A stretch of 54,460 bases of DNA from Firmicutes bacterium CAG:475. Lineage in GTDB: Bacteria > Bacillota > Clostridia > Christensenellales > CAG-917. Every line of letters begins with the position of its first letter. Within the stretch, counting starts at the first letter, position 1. Below, one piece after another: positions 25,453-32,587 of the stretch. The stretch covers positions 1 to 54,460 of the forward strand of contig FR895563.1 in NCBI GenBank assembly GCA_000434435.1. The letters are read 5' to 3'. The position numbers and the translations under genes were made by a program. The notes beneath the pieces were generated by a model. It saw nothing but the letters and a program-made list of their open reading frames with translations, was not told the origin of the DNA and ran no database searches.

Positions 25453-27282
25453 ATGGGGATTGAATTGCAAAAATATTCTACAAACAGTTTGCCTGTCAGC
25501 GTATTAATTAGCCAAATTTTGTCAAAACAAATTGCAATTCCTGAGATTCAGCGTCCGTTTGTTTGGAAAGCAAAACAAGTGCGTGATCTAATGGATTCAC
25601 TGTATAAAGGTTATCCCACAGGGTATATTATTATTTGGCAAAACCCAAACATAAAACTAAAAGATGGATCTTTGTCGGTAGGGAAGAAGATTATCATAGA
25701 CGGACAGCAACGTATAACTGCATTGATGACAGCAATTGCAGGTCTTCCAATAGTAAACAGCGATTATAAGAAGTGCAGAATCAAAATTGCGTTCAATCCG
25801 TTTGCGGCATTGTCAGATGACAAGGATGCAGAAATATTTGCTGTTCAAGATTCTAGCCATTTAAAATCTAAAAAATGGATTCCGGATATTGCTGAAATAT
25901 TCCAAACGGGATTTAATATGTTTGGATTTGTCAGAGAGTATTGTACAAACAATCCGGATATGCGCGATAGCGACCTTGGCGAAATTTTGTCAAAACTCTT
26001 AAATATCGGTAATAGACAAATAGGCATAATCGAGCTTTCCGACACATTAGAAATAGATTTGGTTACTGATATTTTTATTCGCATAAATTCAAAGGGCACT
26101 TCTTTGAGTCAAGGCGATTTTGTCATGTCAAAAATAGCGGCAGACGAGAAATTCGGTGGAAATCAATTGCGAAAGGCAATTGACTATTTTAGTCATCTTG
26201 CAATAGAGCCGTCTTTTTATTCGACAATTAAGGAAAACGATGTAGATTTTGCTCGTAGCGATTATTTCCCCAAAATGGAATGGCTTAAGGACGACCTTGA
26301 AACCGTGTTCGACCCCGATTGCGACGATGTGTTAAGAGTCGCATTTATGTACAAATTCAAGAGAGCAAAATTGGCGGATTTGGTTGGCTTGTTGTCCGGA
26401 AGAGATTTTAAGACGAGAGATTACAACGAGAGCATAGTTGAAAATACATACAAAGAGCTTATAGACGGTGTAAAAAATGTCATAAATGAAAACAATTTTA
26501 AACAGTTTATGATAGCAATAAAAGGTGCCGGTTTCGTATCAAATAAACTTGTTACATCCAATATGGCGTTGGACTTTGCCTATACGCTATATTTGATTTT
26601 AAAGAAAAACGAGTCTATTGCCGTTGGTGAGGTTAAAAGGATTGTTCAAAAGTGGTATGTTTTGTCTGTGCTTACAGGCAGGTATTCGTCATCACCTGAA
26701 ACTGCATTTGCGAAAGATTTGAGGCTGATTGATGAAAATGGCGTACAAAAAGTTTTGCAAGACATTGAAGCGGCTACTTTGTCGGATAACTTTTGGAATG
26801 TGAAAGTAGTGCAGGATTTGGAATATACATCGACAAATAATCCAACGTTCTTGGTATTTCTTGCTGCGCAAATCACAAGGAATGATATTTCGCTTTTATC
26901 AAACAATGTTTCTGTGCGCGAACTGGTTTTGCTCGGCGGGGATATACATCATATCTTTCCAAAGGATTATTTGAAAAAACTTGGACATGAAAAGAGTAGT
27001 TACAATCAAGATGCAAACTATGTCTATCTTGATAAGCCTGTCAATCAATCTATAGGCAATAAAGCACCGAATGTTTATTTTGAAGAAGCATTCAATCAAT
27101 GCGATACCAAACAGATTAGAGTTGGCGCAATAGTCGATAAAAAGCAATTGATTGACAACTTGAATATGAATTGTATCCCTGAAAACGTCAGGTATATGGA
27201 TGAGTCCAATTATGCTGAATTTTTGGAGCAGAGAAGAAAAATGATGGCGCAAAAGATAAAAGAATATTATTATTCGCTTTGA
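25453..27282 (+). CDS. GmrSD-like type IV (modification-dependent) restriction endonuclease: DUF262 plus C-terminal His-Me finger (DUF1524-like)
   Basis: The ATG at 25453 lies 5 nt after AGAGG. N-terminal motifs are IPEIQRPFVW and the DGQQR motif (25699-25713). The C-terminal motif is GGDIHHIFPKDYL...N...NQSIGNK (HH at 26947-26952). Local composition is AT-rich. Confidence 0.8.
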   Translation: MGIELQKYSTNSLPVSVLISQILSKQIAIPEIQRPFVWKAKQVRDLMDSLYKGYPTGYIIIWQNPNIKLKDGSLSVGKKIIIDGQQRITALMTAIAGLPIVNSDYKKCRIKIAFNPFAALSDDKDAEIFAVQDSSHLKSKKWIPDIAEIFQTGFNMFGFVREYCTNNPDMRDSDLGEILSKLLNIGNRQIGIIELSDTLEIDLVTDIFIRINSKGTSLSQGDFVMSKIAADEKFGGNQLRKAIDYFSHLAIEPSFYSTIKENDVDFARSDYFPKMEWLKDDLETVFDPDCDDVLRVAFMYKFKRAKLADLVGLLSGRDFKTRDYNESIVENTYKELIDGVKNVINENNFKQFMIAIKGAGFVSNKLVTSNMALDFAYTLYLILKKNESIAVGEVKRIVQKWYVLSVLTGRYSSSPETAFAKDLRLIDENGVQKVLQDIEAATLSDNFWNVKVVQDLEYTSTNNPTFLVFLAAQITRNDISLLSNNVSVRELVLLGGDIHHIFPKDYLKKLGHEKSSYNQDANYVYLDKPVNQSIGNKAPNVYFEEAFNQCDTKQIRVGAIVDKKQLIDNLNMNCIPENVRYMDESNYAEFLEQRRKMMAQKIKEYYYSL

Positions 27283-27291
27283 GGTTGGCGT

Positions 27292-27480
27292 ATGCAAGAT
27301 TTTGAAAAAATGGAAAATACAGTTAAAGCAGAATTGCCCGAATATAAAGAGAAACGCATTCTCAACAAAAAACAATGGAAAGACGGCATAGCACAGATTG
27401 TAATTGTTGACGGCGTAAGCTGGGCGTGTTGCACAAGATGCAGCCATAAACTTGGGAAAATCAACAGTATGAAGCATTGA
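27292..27480 (+). CDS. Small hypothetical protein (62 aa) with a C-terminal Cys/His cluster
   Basis: GAGG lies 7 nt upstream and the gene starts 9 nt after the GmrSD-like gene. It shares the downstream terminator. No family was recognised (…VDGVSWACCTRCSHKLGK…). Confidence 0.35.
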   Translation: MQDFEKMENTVKAELPEYKEKRILNKKQWKDGIAQIVIVDGVSWACCTRCSHKLGKINSMKH

Positions 27481-27604
27481 AAGAGAGCAATTTTAGCATC
27501 GAAATCAAATGCCAATCGTGCAAATGGATAAATACGGTCTCAAAGCGTTCGATTCTATGTGCGGACGTTACCCAGACACCTAACATCAATGAACAAGAAT
27601 AGAC

Positions 27605-27641
27605 AAATATCCCGAGCGACCAGACTCGGGATATTTGCTTT
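27605..27641 (+). terminator. Intrinsic terminator closing the AT-rich islet
   Basis: A perfect 12-bp stem, AAATATCCCGAG (27605-27616) / CTCGGGATATTT (27625-27636), is followed by GCTTTG. Confidence 0.7.
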
Positions 27642-27888
27642 GTAAGAAGATATTTAAGGGAGAAAATCACAATGCTTTGAGCATTGACAATTTGTTTTCG
27701 TGAGCTACTTTGCCTTTGTGCCTTTATTATAAGCATACAATGCGATATAAGTCAATCAAAAATATGAAAAATATTTCACATTATTTTATCGGGCACGGTA
27801 AGCACTGAAAATCGAGAGAAATTTTTATTGACAAACGCCTCACAGGAAAGAAAATAAGCAATCGTTTTCTTAAAGTTGAACAAAACGC

Positions 27889-27917
27889 TTGTCAAACAGT
27901 TGGTTTTAGTGTAAAAT
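27889..27917 (+). promoter_or_regulatory. Promoter for tRNA-Val
   Basis: TTGTCA (27889-27894), a 17-nt spacer, then TAAAAT (27912-27917). It lies 22 nt upstream of the tRNA 5' end. Confidence 0.5.
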
Positions 27918-27939
27918 ATCAAATGTTCACGATGAATGC

Positions 27940-28016
27940 GGAGGCATAGCCCAGTTGGTTAGAGCGCTACGTTGACATCGTAGAGGTCATAAGTTCGAGT
28001 CTTATTGTCTCCACCA
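27940..28016 (+). tRNA. tRNA-Val: tRNA-Val (anticodon GAC), CCA encoded
   Basis: I folded the cloverleaf by hand. The acceptor stem is GGAGGCA/TGTCTCC (one G-U pair). The D arm is GCCC-AGTTGGTTA-GAGC. The anticodon stem is CTACG/CGTAG with loop TTGACAT. The T arm is ATAAG-TTCGAGT-CTTAT. The discriminator is A, followed by CCA; total length is 77 nt. Confidence 0.92.
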
Positions 28017-28054
28017 TACGTGAACAAAAAAGAACTTGCTTTTTTGTAAGAAGA

Positions 28055-28086
28055 AAACCCCGAAATATCGGGGCTTTTTCTTTTCT
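28055..28086 (+). terminator. Intrinsic terminator after tRNA-Val
   Basis: The stem CCCCGA (28058-28063) / TCGGGG (28068-28073) has a 4-nt loop and is followed by CTTTTTCTTTTC. Confidence 0.75.
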
Positions 28087-28228
28087 GTGCGGAAGTTTGC
28101 AAAATGCATATCTTTCGTGTAAGAGCGGTGCGTTTGTTTGTGACAGTGCGGACGGATAAATCGAGGGCATAGCACAATGTTTGTTCGCCTGGCGGAGGTT
28201 TAAACTGTCGTAGGGGAATGAAAAGTGA

Positions 28229-28257
28229 TTGATTTTGCAAATAATCCACGCTATAAT
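28229..28257 (+). promoter_or_regulatory. Promoter placing the transcription start at or next to the ATG at 28264 (possible leaderless mRNA)
   Basis: TTGATT (28229-28234), a 17-nt spacer, then TATAAT (28252-28257). The ATG begins 7 nt after the -10 hexamer. Confidence 0.4.
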
Positions 28258-28263
28258 GGCGGT

Positions 28264-28527
28264 ATGAGCAGAAAAGATAAACGCGACGATTGGGATAACG
28301 GCATGACTATTGCCCCTATGAACGGCGACGAGTTGCCGAAATATAGGCGTGCAATTTATCTCAACAGCGAAAGACGTCCAAAAAACAAGAGAGAAAAAAG
28401 CGACATAACGAGAAAGGAACAGCGCGCAATGATCCGAGCGATGTTTGAGGTTATGCTGCCGCGTGTGCTTATCGTTTTGTTGTGCTTCGGCGTAACCGCG
28501 CTTCTTATTTGGCTGTGGCTCAAATAG
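28264..28527 (+). CDS. Small basic protein with C-terminal transmembrane helix (87 aa; 100 aa if GTG 28225 is used)
   Basis: The ORF ends 34 nt before a bidirectional terminator. It has a charged N-terminal part and a hydrophobic C-terminus (VLIVLLCFGVTALLIWLWL). No family was recognised. Confidence 0.5.
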   Translation: MSRKDKRDDWDNGMTIAPMNGDELPKYRRAIYLNSERRPKNKREKSDITRKEQRAMIRAMFEVMLPRVLIVLLCFGVTALLIWLWLK

Positions 28528-28560
28528 GGCGGAATGAATTGTCGCGAGATTTGAGAATAT

Positions 28561-28593
28561 AAAAAGCGGAACGCAATTTGCGCTCCGCTTTTT
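28561..28593. terminator. Bidirectional terminator between convergent genes
   Basis: AAAAAGCGGAACGCA / TGCGCTCCGCTTTTT forms a hairpin with one mismatch, flanked by an A5 run and a T5 run. Confidence 0.7.
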
Positions 28594-28608
28594 ATAGTGA
28601 TATTTTTT

Positions 28609-31600
28609 TTATTTAGTAGTTGTTACAAAAACAAGCATTTTAAAAACGGTTTTTCCATCTTTGTCGAACGATAATGTCGCATTATCTCCGTAAGTACCGT
28701 ATTCAAAAGTGTAGCATCTTTCTCCGACATAGAATTCGACATAATACGAAAGATGTTGGTTGCTTGAATAATCTGTTATGGTAGCTTTTGTTATCGTTAT
28801 CGGCTCACCACCTTCAAGCGAGAATATGATATTGTGTTCGTTTATCGTTATGCTTGTTCCATCTTCGCTTGTCCAAGTATGTTGAAGGTTTTTTGGCGCA
28901 TTGATATTTGCGCCCAAAGTGAAGTCCACGTCATAGCCGCCGTCAACTTGATACAAGTTGAATTTCTTTGCTTCCGCATCGTAGGTGAAGAAAGTCTTCG
29001 TGCCGTTGAGATCAAACTCGAATTGACCCTTTTCAACGTCATATTCGGCTCTTATCGACACAAATGCAGCGTCGCCGATTTTGAGTTGCAATTTGCCGTT
29101 TTTGTCGATGACCGCGGTTATTTTGGTTGCGCCGTCAGCGCCTTCCCACGTGCCGATAATCTCTTCGGGAACTTTGGTGGAAATCTTCTTGAAAAGAACG
29201 ACCATCAAATCGTTGTCGTCATATAGCGTCATGAAGAAATTTCCGTAGATATTGTAACCTACAAGAATATACTTTGTATAAGGGTCACCTTCAAAGTTTA
29301 CGACATAGCCGTAGTTTTCGTCAAACTGAACGGGGTATGGCTTACCGTTGACAGTGATTGATGTGTCGGTGATTACGATGGTATAGTCGTACGTTGAATC
29401 TTTGTCCGTTGCCCAAGTTCCGATATACTTCGTATTAAATGCGGTTGTGCGTTCAAGCACTTGACCGCCGTTTGCGCTTATGTACAGTTTGTCTTTGTTC
29501 ACCTTACCGAATACGCTGTAGAAAGAAACAACAAACGCGGTATCTGTGCCGTAAGTGCCGACAAAACCGGTTTCGGAACTATAAGACGTAGGCGTGAAGG
29601 GTTGACCGTTTATAGTTATATCGCTATATGTTATCCTAACCTTGAACGTTTCATCCGACGACATATAAAGTCCGACGTAATCGGCAGGTATTTCGATGCC
29701 GGCGGAATCGGTTGTCTTGAATGCGTGGAATTGATCCAACGCCGTTCCGGATCGGTTGTCGATTATCAATACATAGAGAGCGGTTACCGTTTCATTGCCG
29801 TTCTTAACTTGTTGCACCTCAAAATTGTACGTGTAGGAATCAAGTTTTGCGATTATGCCTTCGCTTTCGCTGTACGAAATTACGGTCATCAATGCGCCGT
29901 TGTACTTGATGGTGTAGGTTTGGAAAACAAACGTATCGTCGTAATTGCTGTCTTTATATTTCCATACGCCATGATACTCGTCGGGGATCTTTACGGTGGT
30001 CGTGTCCACTTTGTCCAATATATAGATTATGGAAAGATCATCCGTTGCAACGGATATTTGTTCTTTGCTCAACTTGCTTATCGTGACCGACTTGTTTTCC
30101 CAAGTTCCGACAAAATATTCTGCCGTAATGTCGGTGGATTGGTGATATTCGGTGAGCGCGATTTTTGAACCGTTGAGAGTGAAGCCCGATTTATCAACGG
30201 TAAGGAAGTTGCCTTCGTTGTCTTTGTATTGTCCGATATAATCGTCGAGAACGCTGGTTTTGCTTGCGTTTTCAAAGTCGAGGCCGAGGTCGGTCTTGAC
30301 GTCGAAAGCTGTGTTGAAATCAAACGTCAAAGTGACGGTTTCTTCGATACCGTAGGTCTTGTAGGTGAAAACGACTTGTTTGAGTGCGCCGTCCGCAAGG
30401 ATAAGAGTGAGGTCTTGTGCGTATTTGTAATACGCTTGCTCGTTGCCTATTGCAAAGTAGGGCGCAACGGTCTGAGCCATGCTGTCTTGATGAAGCGTAT
30501 ATTTGTTTTCGTCAACCTTTTTGAACAATGCGACGTCAAAGCCGAGGAGGCTCGGTTGATAATACGCAATGGATTCAACATTTACGGGGTCGCGCAATAC
30601 GACTTGGTTTGAGGATTTGAGATAGTCGAAAGGATAGACGTAACCGTCAAGTGCGACATAGCCGTGTTCTTCGTCCTTGTAGGAGTCGTAAACCATTTGT
30701 TCGTTGACGTACACCTTGTAGTCGGTGTCGCCGTAGCCGGGACGAGTTTCGCCGCCTTCGGGCTCTTTGTAACCGACTTCGTGGCCTTGGTGGCGCACCG
30801 TGTACGCAGCCTTTTCGGATGCGGCTTGAAGTGCCGAAGCGAGAACATCGTGGTCGGCGGTGTGCGGATAAGGTTGAGTGTAGAGTGTGTCAACGCTTGC
30901 CGTGCCGTGTTCGCTGAGGTCGAAATCGTAGGTGGATACGTACGTTTCGGAAGCGGAGGAGGGTTGAATGCGTTCTGTTACGATATGAAGTTTGGTCGCC
31001 AATCCGTTTTCAACGGTGATTGTGAAAGACGCGATGCTTTCCGTCCAGCCCGAAAGCGCGCTTGCCGCTTCTTTTGCTTTTGCGGCGTTGTACATCACGT
31101 ATTCAGTGTCGCTAACCTTTTCAAAATCGCTTGCCGCAAGCAAATCGAATGGGTTGTAATAGGTTTCGAAAAGCTCGTCGGAAGTGAGTTCGACAACGGT
31201 GTTTTTGTTTGTGTGTTGGATAACGGTGATATTGCGGTTGTTTTTGCCGAACACCGATTCAAAATACACCTTGCCAGTTTCGGCGTCGGATTCGATTTGA
31301 GAGATTTGTTTGTCGCCGAACACGGTTTCGATATTGTGAGTGAAATCGTAATCGTCGTCGTCCGCGTCGTAGAAGTAGCAGCCTTTAACTTTCAGTCTGC
31401 CTTGAAGGGTTGCAAAAACGTTTTCTTCCATATGCGCAACGAAATTTACGACGATTTGGGTGTCAACTTTGAGAGTAAGGCTCAAAGAACCGTCTGCGGA
31501 TGCATGGGTTTCCGTACCGTTGACGGTGTAGCTTTTGAGGATATAACCCTCTTTGGCGGTTGCGGTGATTTGCACCGTGGTATTGGGCGCGAAAACCGTG

Positions 31601-32007
31601 CCGACGGGGGATACGACGAACGAACCTTTTTCGTCGTCTGCGGATACCGTGAGAGCGACGTCGGTGGTTTGAATGATTTGAACGCTGATTTTCGTGTTGC
31701 CTTCGACGGTGAAGTTGTATTTTCCGTCTTGACCGCAAGAAAGAGCGGTGCCGTTTGCCGAAACGCTTTCGACCTCATATTTGCTTCCCGGTGCGATTGC
31801 AACCGTGACGTATGCAGTCTCGCCTTTTTGATAGCCTTGCGTATTCGTTGACGGAGATACGGTGATTTGTGCGATGGATTGGTCGACGTTGCACTCCGTA
31901 GAAACGGAATAATATTCGGTTTCGTTGCACGCGCTCAACCCCACTGCGAGAGTGAGTGCAAGCACGAGCGCAAGCGTGATTACGATGCCTTTGAACCCTT
32001 TGTTCAT
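28609..32007 (-). CDS. Large surface lipoprotein (1132 aa) with N-terminal Ig-like/B-repeat-like units and a C-terminal array of aromatic-x-G-T-W modules; function unknown
   Basis: AAGGAG lies 6 nt upstream of the ATG on the reverse strand. The signal peptide has the lipobox LSAC-N. Two tandem roughly 85-aa beta-rich units are followed by an unassigned central region. The C-terminal half has eight or more modules starting YIGQY, FVGTW, YHGVW, YVGLY, FVGTY, YIGTW, IIGTW and LQHTW. Confidence 0.85.
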   Translation of the reverse strand: MNKGFKGIVITLALVLALTLAVGLSACNETEYYSVSTECNVDQSIAQITVSPSTNTQGYQKGETAYVTVAIAPGSKYEVESVSANGTALSCGQDGKYNFTVEGNTKISVQIIQTTDVALTVSADDEKGSFVVSPVGTVFAPNTTVQITATAKEGYILKSYTVNGTETHASADGSLSLTLKVDTQIVVNFVAHMEENVFATLQGRLKVKGCYFYDADDDDYDFTHNIETVFGDKQISQIESDAETGKVYFESVFGKNNRNITVIQHTNKNTVVELTSDELFETYYNPFDLLAASDFEKVSDTEYVMYNAAKAKEAASALSGWTESIASFTITVENGLATKLHIVTERIQPSSASETYVSTYDFDLSEHGTASVDTLYTQPYPHTADHDVLASALQAASEKAAYTVRHQGHEVGYKEPEGGETRPGYGDTDYKVYVNEQMVYDSYKDEEHGYVALDGYVYPFDYLKSSNQVVLRDPVNVESIAYYQPSLLGFDVALFKKVDENKYTLHQDSMAQTVAPYFAIGNEQAYYKYAQDLTLILADGALKQVVFTYKTYGIEETVTLTFDFNTAFDVKTDLGLDFENASKTSVLDDYIGQYKDNEGNFLTVDKSGFTLNGSKIALTEYHQSTDITAEYFVGTWENKSVTISKLSKEQISVATDDLSIIYILDKVDTTTVKIPDEYHGVWKYKDSNYDDTFVFQTYTIKYNGALMTVISYSESEGIIAKLDSYTYNFEVQQVKNGNETVTALYVLIIDNRSGTALDQFHAFKTTDSAGIEIPADYVGLYMSSDETFKVRITYSDITINGQPFTPTSYSSETGFVGTYGTDTAFVVSFYSVFGKVNKDKLYISANGGQVLERTTAFNTKYIGTWATDKDSTYDYTIVITDTSITVNGKPYPVQFDENYGYVVNFEGDPYTKYILVGYNIYGNFFMTLYDDNDLMVVLFKKISTKVPEEIIGTWEGADGATKITAVIDKNGKLQLKIGDAAFVSIRAEYDVEKGQFEFDLNGTKTFFTYDAEAKKFNLYQVDGGYDVDFTLGANINAPKNLQHTWTSEDGTSITINEHNIIFSLEGGEPITITKATITDYSSNQHLSYYVEFYVGERCYTFEYGTYGDNATLSFDKDGKTVFKMLVFVTTTK

Positions 32008-32587
32008 ATATAACTCCTTATAAGGCCTATAATTTTTTTAATACACGCTATCATAGCATCGCGCGAGCGTTTTGTAAACTTAAACAAAGGAAAAAGTCGC
32101 TATTTAATCGACAAAACGCTTATTTCGCGAACCGAAAGCGAAAATGTATAAAAATTTGCATATTATGCATAATTATAAATTTTCAAAAAAGTCTGTATCT
32201 TCTCGTCGGCAACCGCGAAAAACGAGATGTTTGCACACATGTATGTAAAATACACACGTTGTGGATTTTATATTACTTTTTTAATGTTCCTTAAAAAAAG
32301 AAAATTTTGTCAAACAGATGTCGATTTCAAAAATTAGATTGCCGAAAACGTTATGGTTGAAAAATTGAAATATACATTTAGAATATTGAAAACCACGCTT
32401 TTTATCGAAAAATGTCGATTTTTGCAAAATCCGTTTTTTCGTCATAATTTTTCAACAAAAACCGCAAATAAAAATTTTTATGCAAAAAAATGCGTTCGGA
32501 ACGAAGAAAGTTGTTGATTTTTAGGATTACCTTTGCTACAATTTACTCTTGTATTTTATAAATGCGCATATATGCGTGGAGACTTTA

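Noticed and set aside
27635-28057. A direct repeat, TTGCTTT(TTT)GTAAGAAGA, occurs at 27635-27650 and 28037-28055 and flanks the tRNA-Val gene. It could be an att-like pair.
   Set aside because: Both copies are simply the T-tails of terminator-like hairpins followed by a shared 10-mer. The repeat does not include tRNA sequence, no integrase is nearby, and the enclosed segment holds only the tRNA and its promoter. It is most likely coincidence or terminator convergence.
25283-28608. I considered whether the AT-rich region is an integrative mobile element or prophage remnant.
   Set aside because: No integrase, recombinase, transposase, phage structural gene or tRNA-derived direct repeat is present in or around it. 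Only compositional evidence supports horizontal origin, so it is reported as an islet and not as a mobile_element feature.
32340-32460. I looked for CodY-box-like sequences (AATTTTCWGAAAATT) upstream of the protease gene, for example AATTTTTCAACAAAA at about 32446 and GAAAAATTGAAATAT at about 32358.
   Set aside because: The best matches reach only about 9 of 15 positions in very AT-rich DNA, which is indistinguishable from background by eye. A position weight matrix scan would be needed.
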